This document shows positions 47,812 to 56,280 of a DNA stretch of 64,000 nt, piece after piece; positions within the stretch are counted from its first letter, which is position 1, and the number at the start of each line of letters is the position of its first letter. The notes beneath the pieces are model-generated. The model was not told where the DNA came from, searched no databases, and saw nothing but the letters and a program-made list of their open reading frames with translations. The position numbers and the translations under genes are program-made. The stretch is taken from IMG/VR virus record IMGVR_UViG_3300032214_000715, positions 175,164-239,163 of that record; one strand, written 5' to 3'.

Positions 47812-48087
47812 TCAAGCAGTCTCTAGCATGTTGGCAGGAACACGCCAACGAGTCATTCCTGTATCAACAACTACATTCTTGGTCATGATCTTGGATACCT
47901 TACCAACTTCAGTCTGTCCCGTACGGCTATTGACGAACTTCACCATAGAACCAATCGTTACGGAACGACGAGTCTGCTTTGCCAAATTACCACGTGCGAA
48001 CTTCACCGCAGAAATAATAGAATTCAACTGTTCATTGGTCAAGGACCCGAACATGATGCTAGAATTGATTTCTTGAATAGTAGCCAT
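47812..48087 (-). CDS. Small early protein, SH3/KOW-like
   Basis: IGSMVKF...GKVSKI..KNVVV..WRVPANMLE. Confidence 0.7.
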   Translation of the reverse strand: MATIQEINSSIMFGSLTNEQLNSIISAVKFARGNLAKQTRRSVTIGSMVKFVNSRTGQTEVGKVSKIMTKNVVVDTGMTRWRVPANMLETA

Positions 48088-48146
48088 TTCGTTTACTCCT
48101 GTTTTCTAACTCAGTGAATACAGTATATCAAAAATCGGATTTATTG

Positions 48147-48500
48147 TCAAACCCCGAGAACTTCGCGTTCCTCTTCGGACAACTTATTCAGTGCTGCCCT
48201 GCGAAGCATAGCCCTACGCTCGGCTTCGGCAGCCTGTGCTTCCTCACGGTCCAGAACGAATTCCAGATCGTAGAGTACTTCATCGGTTACTCCGTCGTAT
48301 TCCAACGCAAGGATGAAACCCTCATTATTCAGAGTTGCATCGAACATTCCGCGTCGAACGAAAACATCACCGCCCAACTTGTTCAAGCGTTCCAGAGCAG
48401 CCATCAATCGTGCAGGGTACGTCGCCCGGGCTTCTGCGATCTGCGCGTTCCGCAGTGCGTCACGTTCTGCCATCAGTTCTGCTTTAGTCTTACGTGCCAT
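48147..48500 (-). CDS. Small early hypothetical protein
   Basis: Start ATG at 48500 after GGAG (MARKTKAEL); ends ALNKLSEEEREVLGV. Confidence 0.75.
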   Translation of the reverse strand: MARKTKAELMAERDALRNAQIAEARATYPARLMAALERLNKLGGDVFVRRGMFDATLNNEGFILALEYDGVTDEVLYDLEFVLDREEAQAAEAERRAMLRRAALNKLSEEEREVLGV

Positions 48501-48559
48501 TTTGTGCTCCTGTTTTCTAACTTGAATACAGTATATCAAAAAACGGATTTATTGTCAAA

Positions 48560-48730
48560 TTACTGAGACTCAACGCTACATTCGCATTCATAATCAGTCG
48601 ACTTACGATTAGGATTTTTCTCCCACTCGGCCCAGGCAGCTTCCTCAATTTCATCTTCGCTTGCTTCATTCAAAACATCAAAGACAACACGATAGGTTAC
48701 AGTCTCGGTAAAAATAGCAACGCGGCGCAT
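48560..48730 (-). CDS. Small acidic early protein (56 aa)
   Basis: AAGGA RBS; MRRVAIFTETVTYRVVFDV...SVESQ*. Confidence 0.65.
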   Translation of the reverse strand: MRRVAIFTETVTYRVVFDVLNEASEDEIEEAAWAEWEKNPNRKSTDYECECSVESQ

Positions 48731-48741
48731 TTGTTTGTCCT

Positions 48742-49002
48742 TTACAGAGTATTCAGTGTCGCTTGTAGTTCAGTAAAAGTCTTATAGACTTGAGAGCCAT
48801 CACGACTAGTACGCAAGATCATAAAGTTACGATTGTAGATTTCTACAGTGGCATCTAATGTGCGAGCGCGACCAAAAGTGATGGCAAGATACTTGCGTCC
48901 ATTCTTACTGGTCTGCTCACTGGTAAGAATGCCGTATGGCGCATTGAAATTTCTAGACTTGACAAACGTTTCAATCGCCGAAAGTATTGCTTGACTGTTC
49001 AT
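48742..49002 (-). CDS. Small early hypothetical protein
   Basis: 86 aa; ITFGRARTLDATVEIY. Confidence 0.65.
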   Translation of the reverse strand: MNSQAILSAIETFVKSRNFNAPYGILTSEQTSKNGRKYLAITFGRARTLDATVEIYNRNFMILRTSRDGSQVYKTFTELQATLNTL

Positions 49003-49005
49003 TCT

Positions 49006-49119
49006 TCAACCAAATTCATTGTAAATTTGAATATCTTGCTCGTATTGTTCAACAAAAGCGAGAAAAGCAGCATCTTCATCGTGCTGTTGATCCGTCAACT
49101 CTGGCTGTGTAGTGTTCAT
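49006..49119 (-). CDS. Very small acidic early peptide (37 aa)
   Basis: GGAG RBS; MNTTQPELTDQQHDEDAAFLAFVEQYEQDIQIYNEFG*; first ORF after the promoter at 49148-49176. Confidence 0.55.
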   Translation of the reverse strand: MNTTQPELTDQQHDEDAAFLAFVEQYEQDIQIYNEFG

Positions 49120-49237
49120 CAACATCTCCAACTGATTCAATACTGGTAGTATAGCAGGACCATGATTTATTGTCAAATTGTGAAACTAAAAGTAAATCAT
49201 CTCCAGGAAACAATTATGTTCGAGGAAGACTTTCGCG

Positions 49238-49693
49238 TCACAACTCATAGCCATCAAGGCCAGCTGCCTTCAACTTGATCAAGTGGCCAAGCATGAAGTT
49301 CTTAGACTCTAACGCTTTGAGAACTCCCAAGTAGCGATTTCTAATGAGTGCCACCTCATTTATTAGTATCTCAAAATCAATCACTTCATTTTCACCGTCC
49401 ACGTATTTCTCAGCATCTCGACTTGTCAACGCACGATTGTACCCTTCTAAGTACTTCTGAAAGTACTTGCGTCGGAGAGCCCGCAACTTGATGTTGAGAT
49501 AGTTTAGTACTGCCTCAATATCCTGTAGACTGGCAAAATAGGACTCTGTTAGTCCTGGCATCATAAAGACATTCTTCTCTACTCTGCCAGAAATCTTGAC
49601 ATCCTGTTTTGCCGTCTCCAACTGTTGCTCATAATAAGCAACAAAGTCAGGCAGAACACCTAGGTCAGCAGTAATTCTACTGTACCAATTCAT
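49238..49693 (-). CDS. uvsY: UvsY-like recombination mediator
   Basis: YLEGYNRALTSRDAEKYVDGE...RNRYLGVLKALESK; near recA. Confidence 0.7.
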   Translation of the reverse strand: MNWYSRITADLGVLPDFVAYYEQQLETAKQDVKISGRVEKNVFMMPGLTESYFASLQDIEAVLNYLNIKLRALRRKYFQKYLEGYNRALTSRDAEKYVDGENEVIDFEILINEVALIRNRYLGVLKALESKNFMLGHLIKLKAAGLDGYEL

Positions 49694-49697
49694 TTAA

Positions 49698-49973
49698 TTA
49701 CTCATCGTAATCTTCTTCGTCACCAAAGCCTAATTCTTCATAGTTATCATCGTAGTCATCCAAATTTTCCGACGTATCTTCGCTATAGAACTTTACAGCG
49801 TCAAGTACGTCCCGATCACCGTCAAATTCATGACGAATGTCCTCTAAATCAAAATCATACTCCATAAGTAGCGTCACCATACTATCTGCTAGTTGCGTCT
49901 TATCATCTGGTGTTACATACTCGCTCATCATATTCCAAATATCAGCAATTGCGGCTAGGGCTGATTTACTCAT
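49698..49973 (-). CDS. Small acidic hypothetical protein
   Basis: 91 aa, Asp/Glu-rich tail. Confidence 0.6.
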   Translation of the reverse strand: MSKSALAAIADIWNMMSEYVTPDDKTQLADSMVTLLMEYDFDLEDIRHEFDGDRDVLDAVKFYSEDTSENLDDYDDNYEELGFGDEEDYDE

Positions 49974-51030
49974 CTTCTACTTCCTCCGTTACTTGAATGT
50001 TGATTTCTTGATCGCGTAAAGAAAATTCTTTCATTACTAGATCCATGATTCCATTTTCATTTTTATTCCACTCTTTGCGAAAGTATTTATGTACTTCTCC
50101 ATTCAAATCTGTATATGAATAACGATTTCCCTCTTTCTTAATAAGTTGTCGCTTTTCAATCAAATCAAAAAATCCACTGTAAGGATTCATACCCGTGCTA
50201 TATGGAATTTGAATTTGAATGTCTTCAAATGGCTTAGCGTATCGGGTCTTCATAATTTTACAACCAGCACGAATTCCAAGTACATCGCTTACTTTGTTGC
50301 CATCCTCGTCTTCTTTTAGTTTCAACTTCTTCATTGCTACCAGAATAGAACTGGCATACACGAATCCCTGACCACCGCTAACTACTGGGTCTGGATTATA
50401 TGGGTCCTGACTAGCATAGCTATGATTGGTAGCTACTAATCCAACATTATGATTACCAAACATATTTACGCAATTGGTAACTAATGCCTTAAGAGCCTTT
50501 GCTTTTCGCCCCATATCTCCCTTCATGTCACCCGCTTCAAACTGATTGAGTTCAGTAGGCGACATCAGCATTCCAAGGCTATCAATTACAAATAAAACTT
50601 TGAGACGAGCTTCTGCTGGCATTTCCTTGTAGTCGCTCATGAACTTTGAAATTGTCTTAGCAACATCGTCAATCATTGCCATAGATAACTTGAGTAATTT
50701 TTCTTCGCTAGTATCAACGCCCAATGCTTTTAGCCAACTTTCGTCAAGAGCATTTTCGGTATCAATTAATACTACAAAAATGCCCTGTTCTTGAGCATGT
50801 CGCACTAGATTGCCACTACAAATGTAGCTTTTTCCGCTACCGCTTTCTCCAGCAAATACAGTTACTTTTCCTAGAGGAACGCCCTTGTTAAAGTCCCCGC
50901 TAATCAGATAATTCAGTGCGTAATTGCCTGTGTTGACCCAATCAGTGGGATCATTAAATCCGATACTAAGACCATCAATACTCTTGGTCAGTTCTCGTCT
51001 AAATTTTGAAATGTCGAACGGTTTTGTCAT
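49966..51030 (-). CDS. uvsX: RecA/UvsX recombinase
   Basis: TGNYALN..ISG..GVPLGKVTVFAGESGSGKS; IDTENALD; VIDSLG; ATNH; KTR. Confidence 0.93.
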   Translation of the reverse strand: MTKPFDISKFRRELTKSIDGLSIGFNDPTDWVNTGNYALNYLISGDFNKGVPLGKVTVFAGESGSGKSYICSGNLVRHAQEQGIFVVLIDTENALDESWLKALGVDTSEEKLLKLSMAMIDDVAKTISKFMSDYKEMPAEARLKVLFVIDSLGMLMSPTELNQFEAGDMKGDMGRKAKALKALVTNCVNMFGNHNVGLVATNHSYASQDPYNPDPVVSGGQGFVYASSILVAMKKLKLKEDEDGNKVSDVLGIRAGCKIMKTRYAKPFEDIQIQIPYSTGMNPYSGFFDLIEKRQLIKKEGNRYSYTDLNGEVHKYFRKEWNKNENGIMDLVMKEFSLRDQEINIQVTEEVEDE

Positions 51031-51032
51031 AT

Positions 51033-51272
51033 TTACTTTCCATTAACTACTTGTTTATTACTATACACGCTAAACGGCTGCGTGTCTAATAATTCCGGGC
51101 ACTTTTCTGCCAATCTTTCAAATTCATAGTCATTTGGGTAGTGACGCAAAATAGCACGAACTCGCTGACGCACAATGCTTGGAACACGTGGTGTTTTTCC
51201 TGGGTCAGTTAGTTCTTGTAGTAATTTTTTACCCTGAACCAAAGACCGATATCTTTCATCCGGCAGTGTCAT
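51033..51272 (-). CDS. Small protein (BPSL0761-like)
   Basis: MTLPDERYRS...PRVPSIVRQR..ILRHYP. Confidence 0.6.
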   Translation of the reverse strand: MTLPDERYRSLVQGKKLLQELTDPGKTPRVPSIVRQRVRAILRHYPNDYEFERLAEKCPELLDTQPFSVYSNKQVVNGK

Positions 51273-51293
51273 ATTAAACCTCCATTGTATAGA

Positions 51294-51321
51294 ATAGTAC
51301 CCAGAATATTCTGGGTACTAT
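51294..51321. terminator. Perfect palindrome downstream of the SSB gene (terminator or processing site)
   Basis: atagtacccagaatattctgggtactat; weak U-tract. Confidence 0.55.
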
Positions 51322-51336
51322 AAACACTATAAGCTT

Positions 51337-52383
51337 TTAAGCTACTTTGTTTTGCCTTGAGCGAATCATCGCCAAAATGTCTTGAGTTTTTTCGCTAGTT
51401 TGCTTCGGTGGAACCTTTACCTCAACTGCTGGCGCTGGTTCTTCCCAAGGAGCTGATTCCTCAACTGTCGCCTTTACTGCTGGCTTAGAAACAAAAGTAG
51501 CGGTACGCGTTGACTTGCTTGATTCGTCAAATTCGGGAACATCAGCATCTTCAGATGAAGATCCAGAGGTCTGAAGGCCCCAAGGCTTGTAGTAAGACGC
51601 CCACTTATCCGGATCGTACATACGTCCATCAACGCTAGCCTCAAACATATCCTTGATGATGCGAACTTCACTTTCGCTGGGCTTCTTAGGCAAGAATTCC
51701 TTTAGATTGTACAACCCATAAGCATCAATCGCCGCACGTTCTGCTTCAGTAAGAGCGGTAGGACCCTTCATAAATGACCAGTCGCTAGTACTCCAGTCCG
51801 CGTATCCACCTGGATTCTTGGAGCGAATAACCTTGAAGTCTAGACCTTGATTGAAGTCGCTAGGCATAACATCAAACTCTGGATCAAGCAAACTCTTCTT
51901 AATGTTCTTAAAGATTTGAGGGGTAATGATAAAGCGACGAATCGGATTCTCTGGTTGTTCATCGTCTGGTAAGCCATTTGTACGAACAAAGCCCTGTAGT
52001 AAATAACTACGCTTCTTCCAGTACTTGTTGGCGGTTTCCTTTAGACTTTCATCCTTGTACCAAGTGCGAACTTCTGCCAGAACTGGGCACTTTTCGCTTT
52101 CGCCGTACATTTCAATACACGGCACTTGAACCACGACTTCCTTGTTTTCATTTTGACCCTTAATGCCAGCAAATGGCAGTTTGATCATTTGACGCTCAAT
52201 CCAAAAATATACGTTATCGGTATCGCCGTCCGGTAGAAAACGAAGCGAAGAGCTTGCTCCTTCAGGCAAATTCCAGTGAGCGTAGATGGACTTATCTCCA
52301 CCGATCTTCTGTGATTGTTGTTGATTTTGTTGTGAACGATTTTCTTGTGCCTGTAGTTTGGCACGCAATGCTGCTAGTGACAT
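51337..52383 (-). CDS. Single-stranded DNA-binding protein (T4 gp32-like)
   Basis: LRFLPD; C..MY...CPV; YWKKRSY; DFKVI...YADWSTS; acidic/low-complexity tail. Confidence 0.88.
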   Translation of the reverse strand: MSLAALRAKLQAQENRSQQNQQQSQKIGGDKSIYAHWNLPEGASSSLRFLPDGDTDNVYFWIERQMIKLPFAGIKGQNENKEVVVQVPCIEMYGESEKCPVLAEVRTWYKDESLKETANKYWKKRSYLLQGFVRTNGLPDDEQPENPIRRFIITPQIFKNIKKSLLDPEFDVMPSDFNQGLDFKVIRSKNPGGYADWSTSDWSFMKGPTALTEAERAAIDAYGLYNLKEFLPKKPSESEVRIIKDMFEASVDGRMYDPDKWASYYKPWGLQTSGSSSEDADVPEFDESSKSTRTATFVSKPAVKATVEESAPWEEPAPAVEVKVPPKQTSEKTQDILAMIRSRQNKVA

Positions 52384-52543
52384 TTTTATCTCCTTCTAAA
52401 TTGTAAAAAGTGTACTATAAACCAAGATATAAAGTGTTGTTGTCGGAGACAACGTGACTTATGAATCAAGTATAAACTACTTTCTTCATTCGTCAAGTAT
52501 ATTTATCACCGTTTCGGTAAAATTGATAAAATATGTGAGAAAT

Positions 52544-54547
52544 TTAAGCGCCGCGTCTCATCCATTTTTTTAATTTTGACATCTCGCGGTTGTAGTGAAC
52601 GTCGGATTTTGATGTGCGTGATTGATTGACTCCAGAAAATGGACTTAAGCTACTGCCACCAAAATAATCCGGATTATCGGATTCTGTTATGCCGCCAAGC
52701 ACACTATCCAAAATGTGTTTGATTTTCTTTGGAGCTTTGCCCAGCGGGTATAAGTCGTGTATTATGTCTTTTCGTTCTTCATCATCGGCTGATGTATACA
52801 TATTTCGGATTTTGCTAGCACTATCAATAACTTGTCCGTTTATTTCAAAGTCAATTTTTGGAACGATGTAGATGTAACCGTGCTTGCTCATTGGTTGATC
52901 AGCCGCATCTGAATATGGTTGAAAGTACGCTGGGCTTCCATCTTTCTTTGGTGCGAAACTAAATCTATCACTGTCTTTTTCACTGACAGCAAACACTAGC
53001 ACTGTGTTTTCTGGATCATAATTTGTGGTAATTTCATTTGCTTTGTAGGGACTTTTAACTTGTACGAATCTGTCTTTTGGAACACCGCTTTGATTTGCTA
53101 GAAATTTTTTATCATCAAACCCAAATGGACGTTCTGTTTTGGAATCGGTTGCTGCTACAAATACCTCACCGTCTGGAAATTTGTGAGCCAGATGATCAAA
53201 CACACTTGCGTGTCCAAGATGAAATGGATGAAATCCGCCTGGGTAAATAACTAATTCTTGCTTACCGTTAATATTTTCTTTAAGAGTCGGTTGCGCTGAT
53301 TGTGGTCGTTGTTTGGCTAATCTTGCTTGTGCGTTTTGTCTGCTAAATCCAAGACGATCTACTATTTTTATTCCTCCACTTACGAATCCTTCTTGACTGG
53401 CAGTCATTTCACCACCAGGCGTAGTAGATCGTAAATAGCCCTGTAATGGACTTTGTTGTGCCGCTTTTTCTAGCGATGGAATCAAACTCATTTTGTATCT
53501 ATAAACTTTTATCCAATTATCCCATATTTTGCTAATAATGCTGCGATTTTGTTCGTAGTATTCAATTAAGGCTTCATATTTTCTACGTGATATTGGAAGT
53601 TTTGGTTTTGCCAATTCCGAATCCAATCTCAATTTGTAAGCAGCATCAAATCCAGAATCTAGTGTTTTTAGATCAAGTTTCCCAACATTGATTAATCCAT
53701 TTACGTAAGTAGTAAATCTGTTGGCAAAATTAGTAGCAGATTCGGGAGCACCTGTAATAAACTTTTTAATCGCTGAGTCATCCGATATAGTTGATTCTGC
53801 GACAGATTTTATTTGTTCATTTACGTTTATAGTTGGAGTCACTGGCATACGAACAGGCAACAGTGCTACGTTTCCACGACGACGTAATTTTCCTAATCCT
53901 GATAGCCAAGTGATATTACTTTCTGTGGTTGCCGCATTTGGTGGCAAGTATCTGTGTATAGCTATTCCGGCAATTTTATCACGTAAATATTCTCCAAGAT
54001 CGCTATCAACCGGAACACGATACATTAGTCCTTCTGGGTTAGCTTGAAACTGATAAACCTGATTTGAATTTATATTTTGTACGGTCAGTGGCTTGCTAGG
54101 ATAAAATATTAAGTCTCCCATATACCAACCAGTATTACCACTATAAGAGGCCTCCAATGATTTCCAAAGTGATGCGACGGTTCTGGACAAATCTGTTCTT
54201 GCCTTTTCTCCACGAGCCGCTTCTCGTTGTGCGAATTCTTCTGGGCTATAAACGGCACGATTTTCGCGATTGGAGCTATTAAACATATGCTTGTCTAGTA
54301 TAGCAAATCTTCCGTCTGGCCCACTACCGAATACTAGTGCTGGCCATCCATCTATTTTTATAGTTACCGCTTGTGGACGCTCTATAGTCGCATTTAGTCC
54401 AGCTATTGCTTGAGGTAGCGGAGTATATACTTGTCCTTTTCCAGCTTCTAGTCCGCCCCAGATCACCATGTCTTCTGGGTGATCCATATGTCCAGCGGCC
54501 TCTAATAGAAGCGTTTTATTTTCTAATATAAGTTCTCTGGACAACAT
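52544..54547 (-). CDS. Fusion: ligase-like nucleotidyltransferase domain plus HxGH cytidylyltransferase-like domain
   Basis: HMDHPED; TIKIDGWPA (KxDG); QEGFV; IKIVDRLGFS; then YPGGFHPFHLGH and SASKIR. Confidence 0.7.
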   Translation of the reverse strand: MLSRELILENKTLLLEAAGHMDHPEDMVIWGGLEAGKGQVYTPLPQAIAGLNATIERPQAVTIKIDGWPALVFGSGPDGRFAILDKHMFNSSNRENRAVYSPEEFAQREAARGEKARTDLSRTVASLWKSLEASYSGNTGWYMGDLIFYPSKPLTVQNINSNQVYQFQANPEGLMYRVPVDSDLGEYLRDKIAGIAIHRYLPPNAATTESNITWLSGLGKLRRRGNVALLPVRMPVTPTINVNEQIKSVAESTISDDSAIKKFITGAPESATNFANRFTTYVNGLINVGKLDLKTLDSGFDAAYKLRLDSELAKPKLPISRRKYEALIEYYEQNRSIISKIWDNWIKVYRYKMSLIPSLEKAAQQSPLQGYLRSTTPGGEMTASQEGFVSGGIKIVDRLGFSRQNAQARLAKQRPQSAQPTLKENINGKQELVIYPGGFHPFHLGHASVFDHLAHKFPDGEVFVAATDSKTERPFGFDDKKFLANQSGVPKDRFVQVKSPYKANEITTNYDPENTVLVFAVSEKDSDRFSFAPKKDGSPAYFQPYSDAADQPMSKHGYIYIVPKIDFEINGQVIDSASKIRNMYTSADDEERKDIIHDLYPLGKAPKKIKHILDSVLGGITESDNPDYFGGSSLSPFSGVNQSRTSKSDVHYNREMSKLKKWMRRGA

Positions 54548-54548
54548 A

Positions 54549-56279
54549 TCATTTAATCCACTTTGCTACCTGTTCTCCAACAATCGTGTCTACCATTTTA
54601 TCAATTGATTCTCTAAAAAGCTCAGCAGGTGGTAGCGTTGACGGCTCATCTGGCTCATCATGTAACTTTTGAAAGTCGCGTGTCGGCGCTCCACGAGTGT
54701 TTAATGGGCTCGGTTTCTTATCAGATGTTGACTTTTCTAAAAACTCTAATACATTAACAAGCTTGTCTAATTGTACTATAGAGTGTTTTAAAATAACTTT
54801 AGCAAATCCCAAATCTGTAGCCCATCTGTTTAGATCATCATCGTCGCGTTCAGCTCCTACCGCGATTAATACGTGTAGTATTACTGGTTCAATCACCTCA
54901 GTTAATGCTGCGTATTTCTTATTACTTTTTAGTGCTAAAATATCATTTTTTAAGAAATGTAAAACTTCAGTGAACAAATATAAAAGCGTATCGGCGTGAA
55001 CGTTATCACTTTCGCTATCGGAATCCAGTAGTTTATTTAAAGTGTATACACTTTTAATATATTTTTCTACCGATGATCTAGGAAGTCCAGTGGTGCTCCA
55101 AATTTCATATGGATCGGCCATCTCATTTAATTGATAGGTTGTGTTTTCTTTGAGTTCAGTATCACTCATTTCAGGCTCTCTTGTTTTTTTTGTTTGTCCA
55201 ACTCCAAATCTTCCTAGCATTGAAGATGTCTGTTTTCCCGCTACTTGTGCTTGTGGACTAGTAAAATCTTCATCATCAGTGTCAATCGTTGAAGCAGTTG
55301 ATTGAGCGAGTTTAATTGATTTAAGTTTATTGTTTATTGCCGCAAGTTCATTATTAACAAGATCAATAGATCGCGTGGTTGCGTCAGCAAACTCGGGAAA
55401 TTTTTCATCAGTTACTTTGTAAATGTCTGGCAAATCTCTATTTAAAAAATTCTTAATAAGAGTACTTGCTTGTTTGCTTCTCTTACTAACCGCCTTGCGA
55501 TATTTTTGCGTTCTATCGGAAGAAGTTGCTTGTTTTACTTTATCTTCTATTTCTTTTCCAATTTGTTTTTCTCGTTGCTCTAATTCTTGTTGTCTTTTTT
55601 CCAATTGAGAAAGCTTACTCATCACATCTGTTTTCTGAGCAGCTACATCCTGTTGCTGAGTGGTTAATTTTGCCGCTAAATTACCTAATTGTGCTAGTCT
55701 CTCTTTTTCTATAGTTTGTTCGCCACTGAGTGTTTTAATTTTGTCAGTAAGATCACTAAACTGTTCTGGATTAATTTTACTTATGTTTTGTTTTGCTGTT
55801 TCTAAATCCTGCTTTAACTCAGTATATTTCTTTTCATCCATACCTGGTTTATTTTTTAGTTCTTCTACTTGAGCTAGCATACGTGCGACATCAGCAGAAC
55901 TAACTTGACGCTGTTGAACGTCTGTAGATAATTTTCCACTTAAAGACTTTAATCGTTGAATTTCAGCATCGGAATCTTTTCCAGAATCTTCTACTGACTG
56001 TAGCGTTCGTTGTAATTGATTTAAATTTGCGGTTAATTTAGCATTTTCTTTACGCTGAGCATTTATAACGGCATTTTGATCCATATCGCGACGATCAAAA
56101 TCTTTTAATTTATCGTCTAGATATAGACCAAGAGCCTGTTCCTTGTTTAAGTCAGGATAATCACGCGATGCCTGATATACTATATCTCTTTCACGTGATA
56201 TTTGTTTTTCTGTTGGCTTCTCAATAGCAGCTTCATATATGCCATTTGCCCAAGACTCAAATTCCTTTAAGTGCTTCAT
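54549..56279 (-). CDS. Coiled-coil protein, putative head-internal
   Basis: 576 aa; long Q/E/K heptads; LKE/LNE motifs. Confidence 0.55.
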   Translation of the reverse strand: MKHLKEFESWANGIYEAAIEKPTEKQISRERDIVYQASRDYPDLNKEQALGLYLDDKLKDFDRRDMDQNAVINAQRKENAKLTANLNQLQRTLQSVEDSGKDSDAEIQRLKSLSGKLSTDVQQRQVSSADVARMLAQVEELKNKPGMDEKKYTELKQDLETAKQNISKINPEQFSDLTDKIKTLSGEQTIEKERLAQLGNLAAKLTTQQQDVAAQKTDVMSKLSQLEKRQQELEQREKQIGKEIEDKVKQATSSDRTQKYRKAVSKRSKQASTLIKNFLNRDLPDIYKVTDEKFPEFADATTRSIDLVNNELAAINNKLKSIKLAQSTASTIDTDDEDFTSPQAQVAGKQTSSMLGRFGVGQTKKTREPEMSDTELKENTTYQLNEMADPYEIWSTTGLPRSSVEKYIKSVYTLNKLLDSDSESDNVHADTLLYLFTEVLHFLKNDILALKSNKKYAALTEVIEPVILHVLIAVGAERDDDDLNRWATDLGFAKVILKHSIVQLDKLVNVLEFLEKSTSDKKPSPLNTRGAPTRDFQKLHDEPDEPSTLPPAELFRESIDKMVDTIVGEQVAKWIK

Positions 56280-56280
56280 C

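Larger units (their letters stand above)
45983..49176 (-). repeat. Array of 8 repeated sigma70 promoter (+leader/RBS) units
   Basis: TTGACA-17 nt-TATA(C/A)T at 46017-46045, 46124-46152, 46940-46968, 47280-47308, 47787-47815, 48122-48150, 48530-48558, 49148-49176; shared AGTTAGA and GGA..AAATG leaders. Confidence 0.92.

Noticed and set aside
45086-48566. Long plus-strand ORFs (313, 265, 175 and 150 aa)
   Set aside because: Antisense to genes with clear promoters, RBSs and motifs; explained by higher GC and codon bias
45983-49176. Possible CRISPR array or integron attC array
   Set aside because: The repeats are degenerate promoter/RBS units separated by whole genes; no palindromic attC structure, integrase or cas operon in the window
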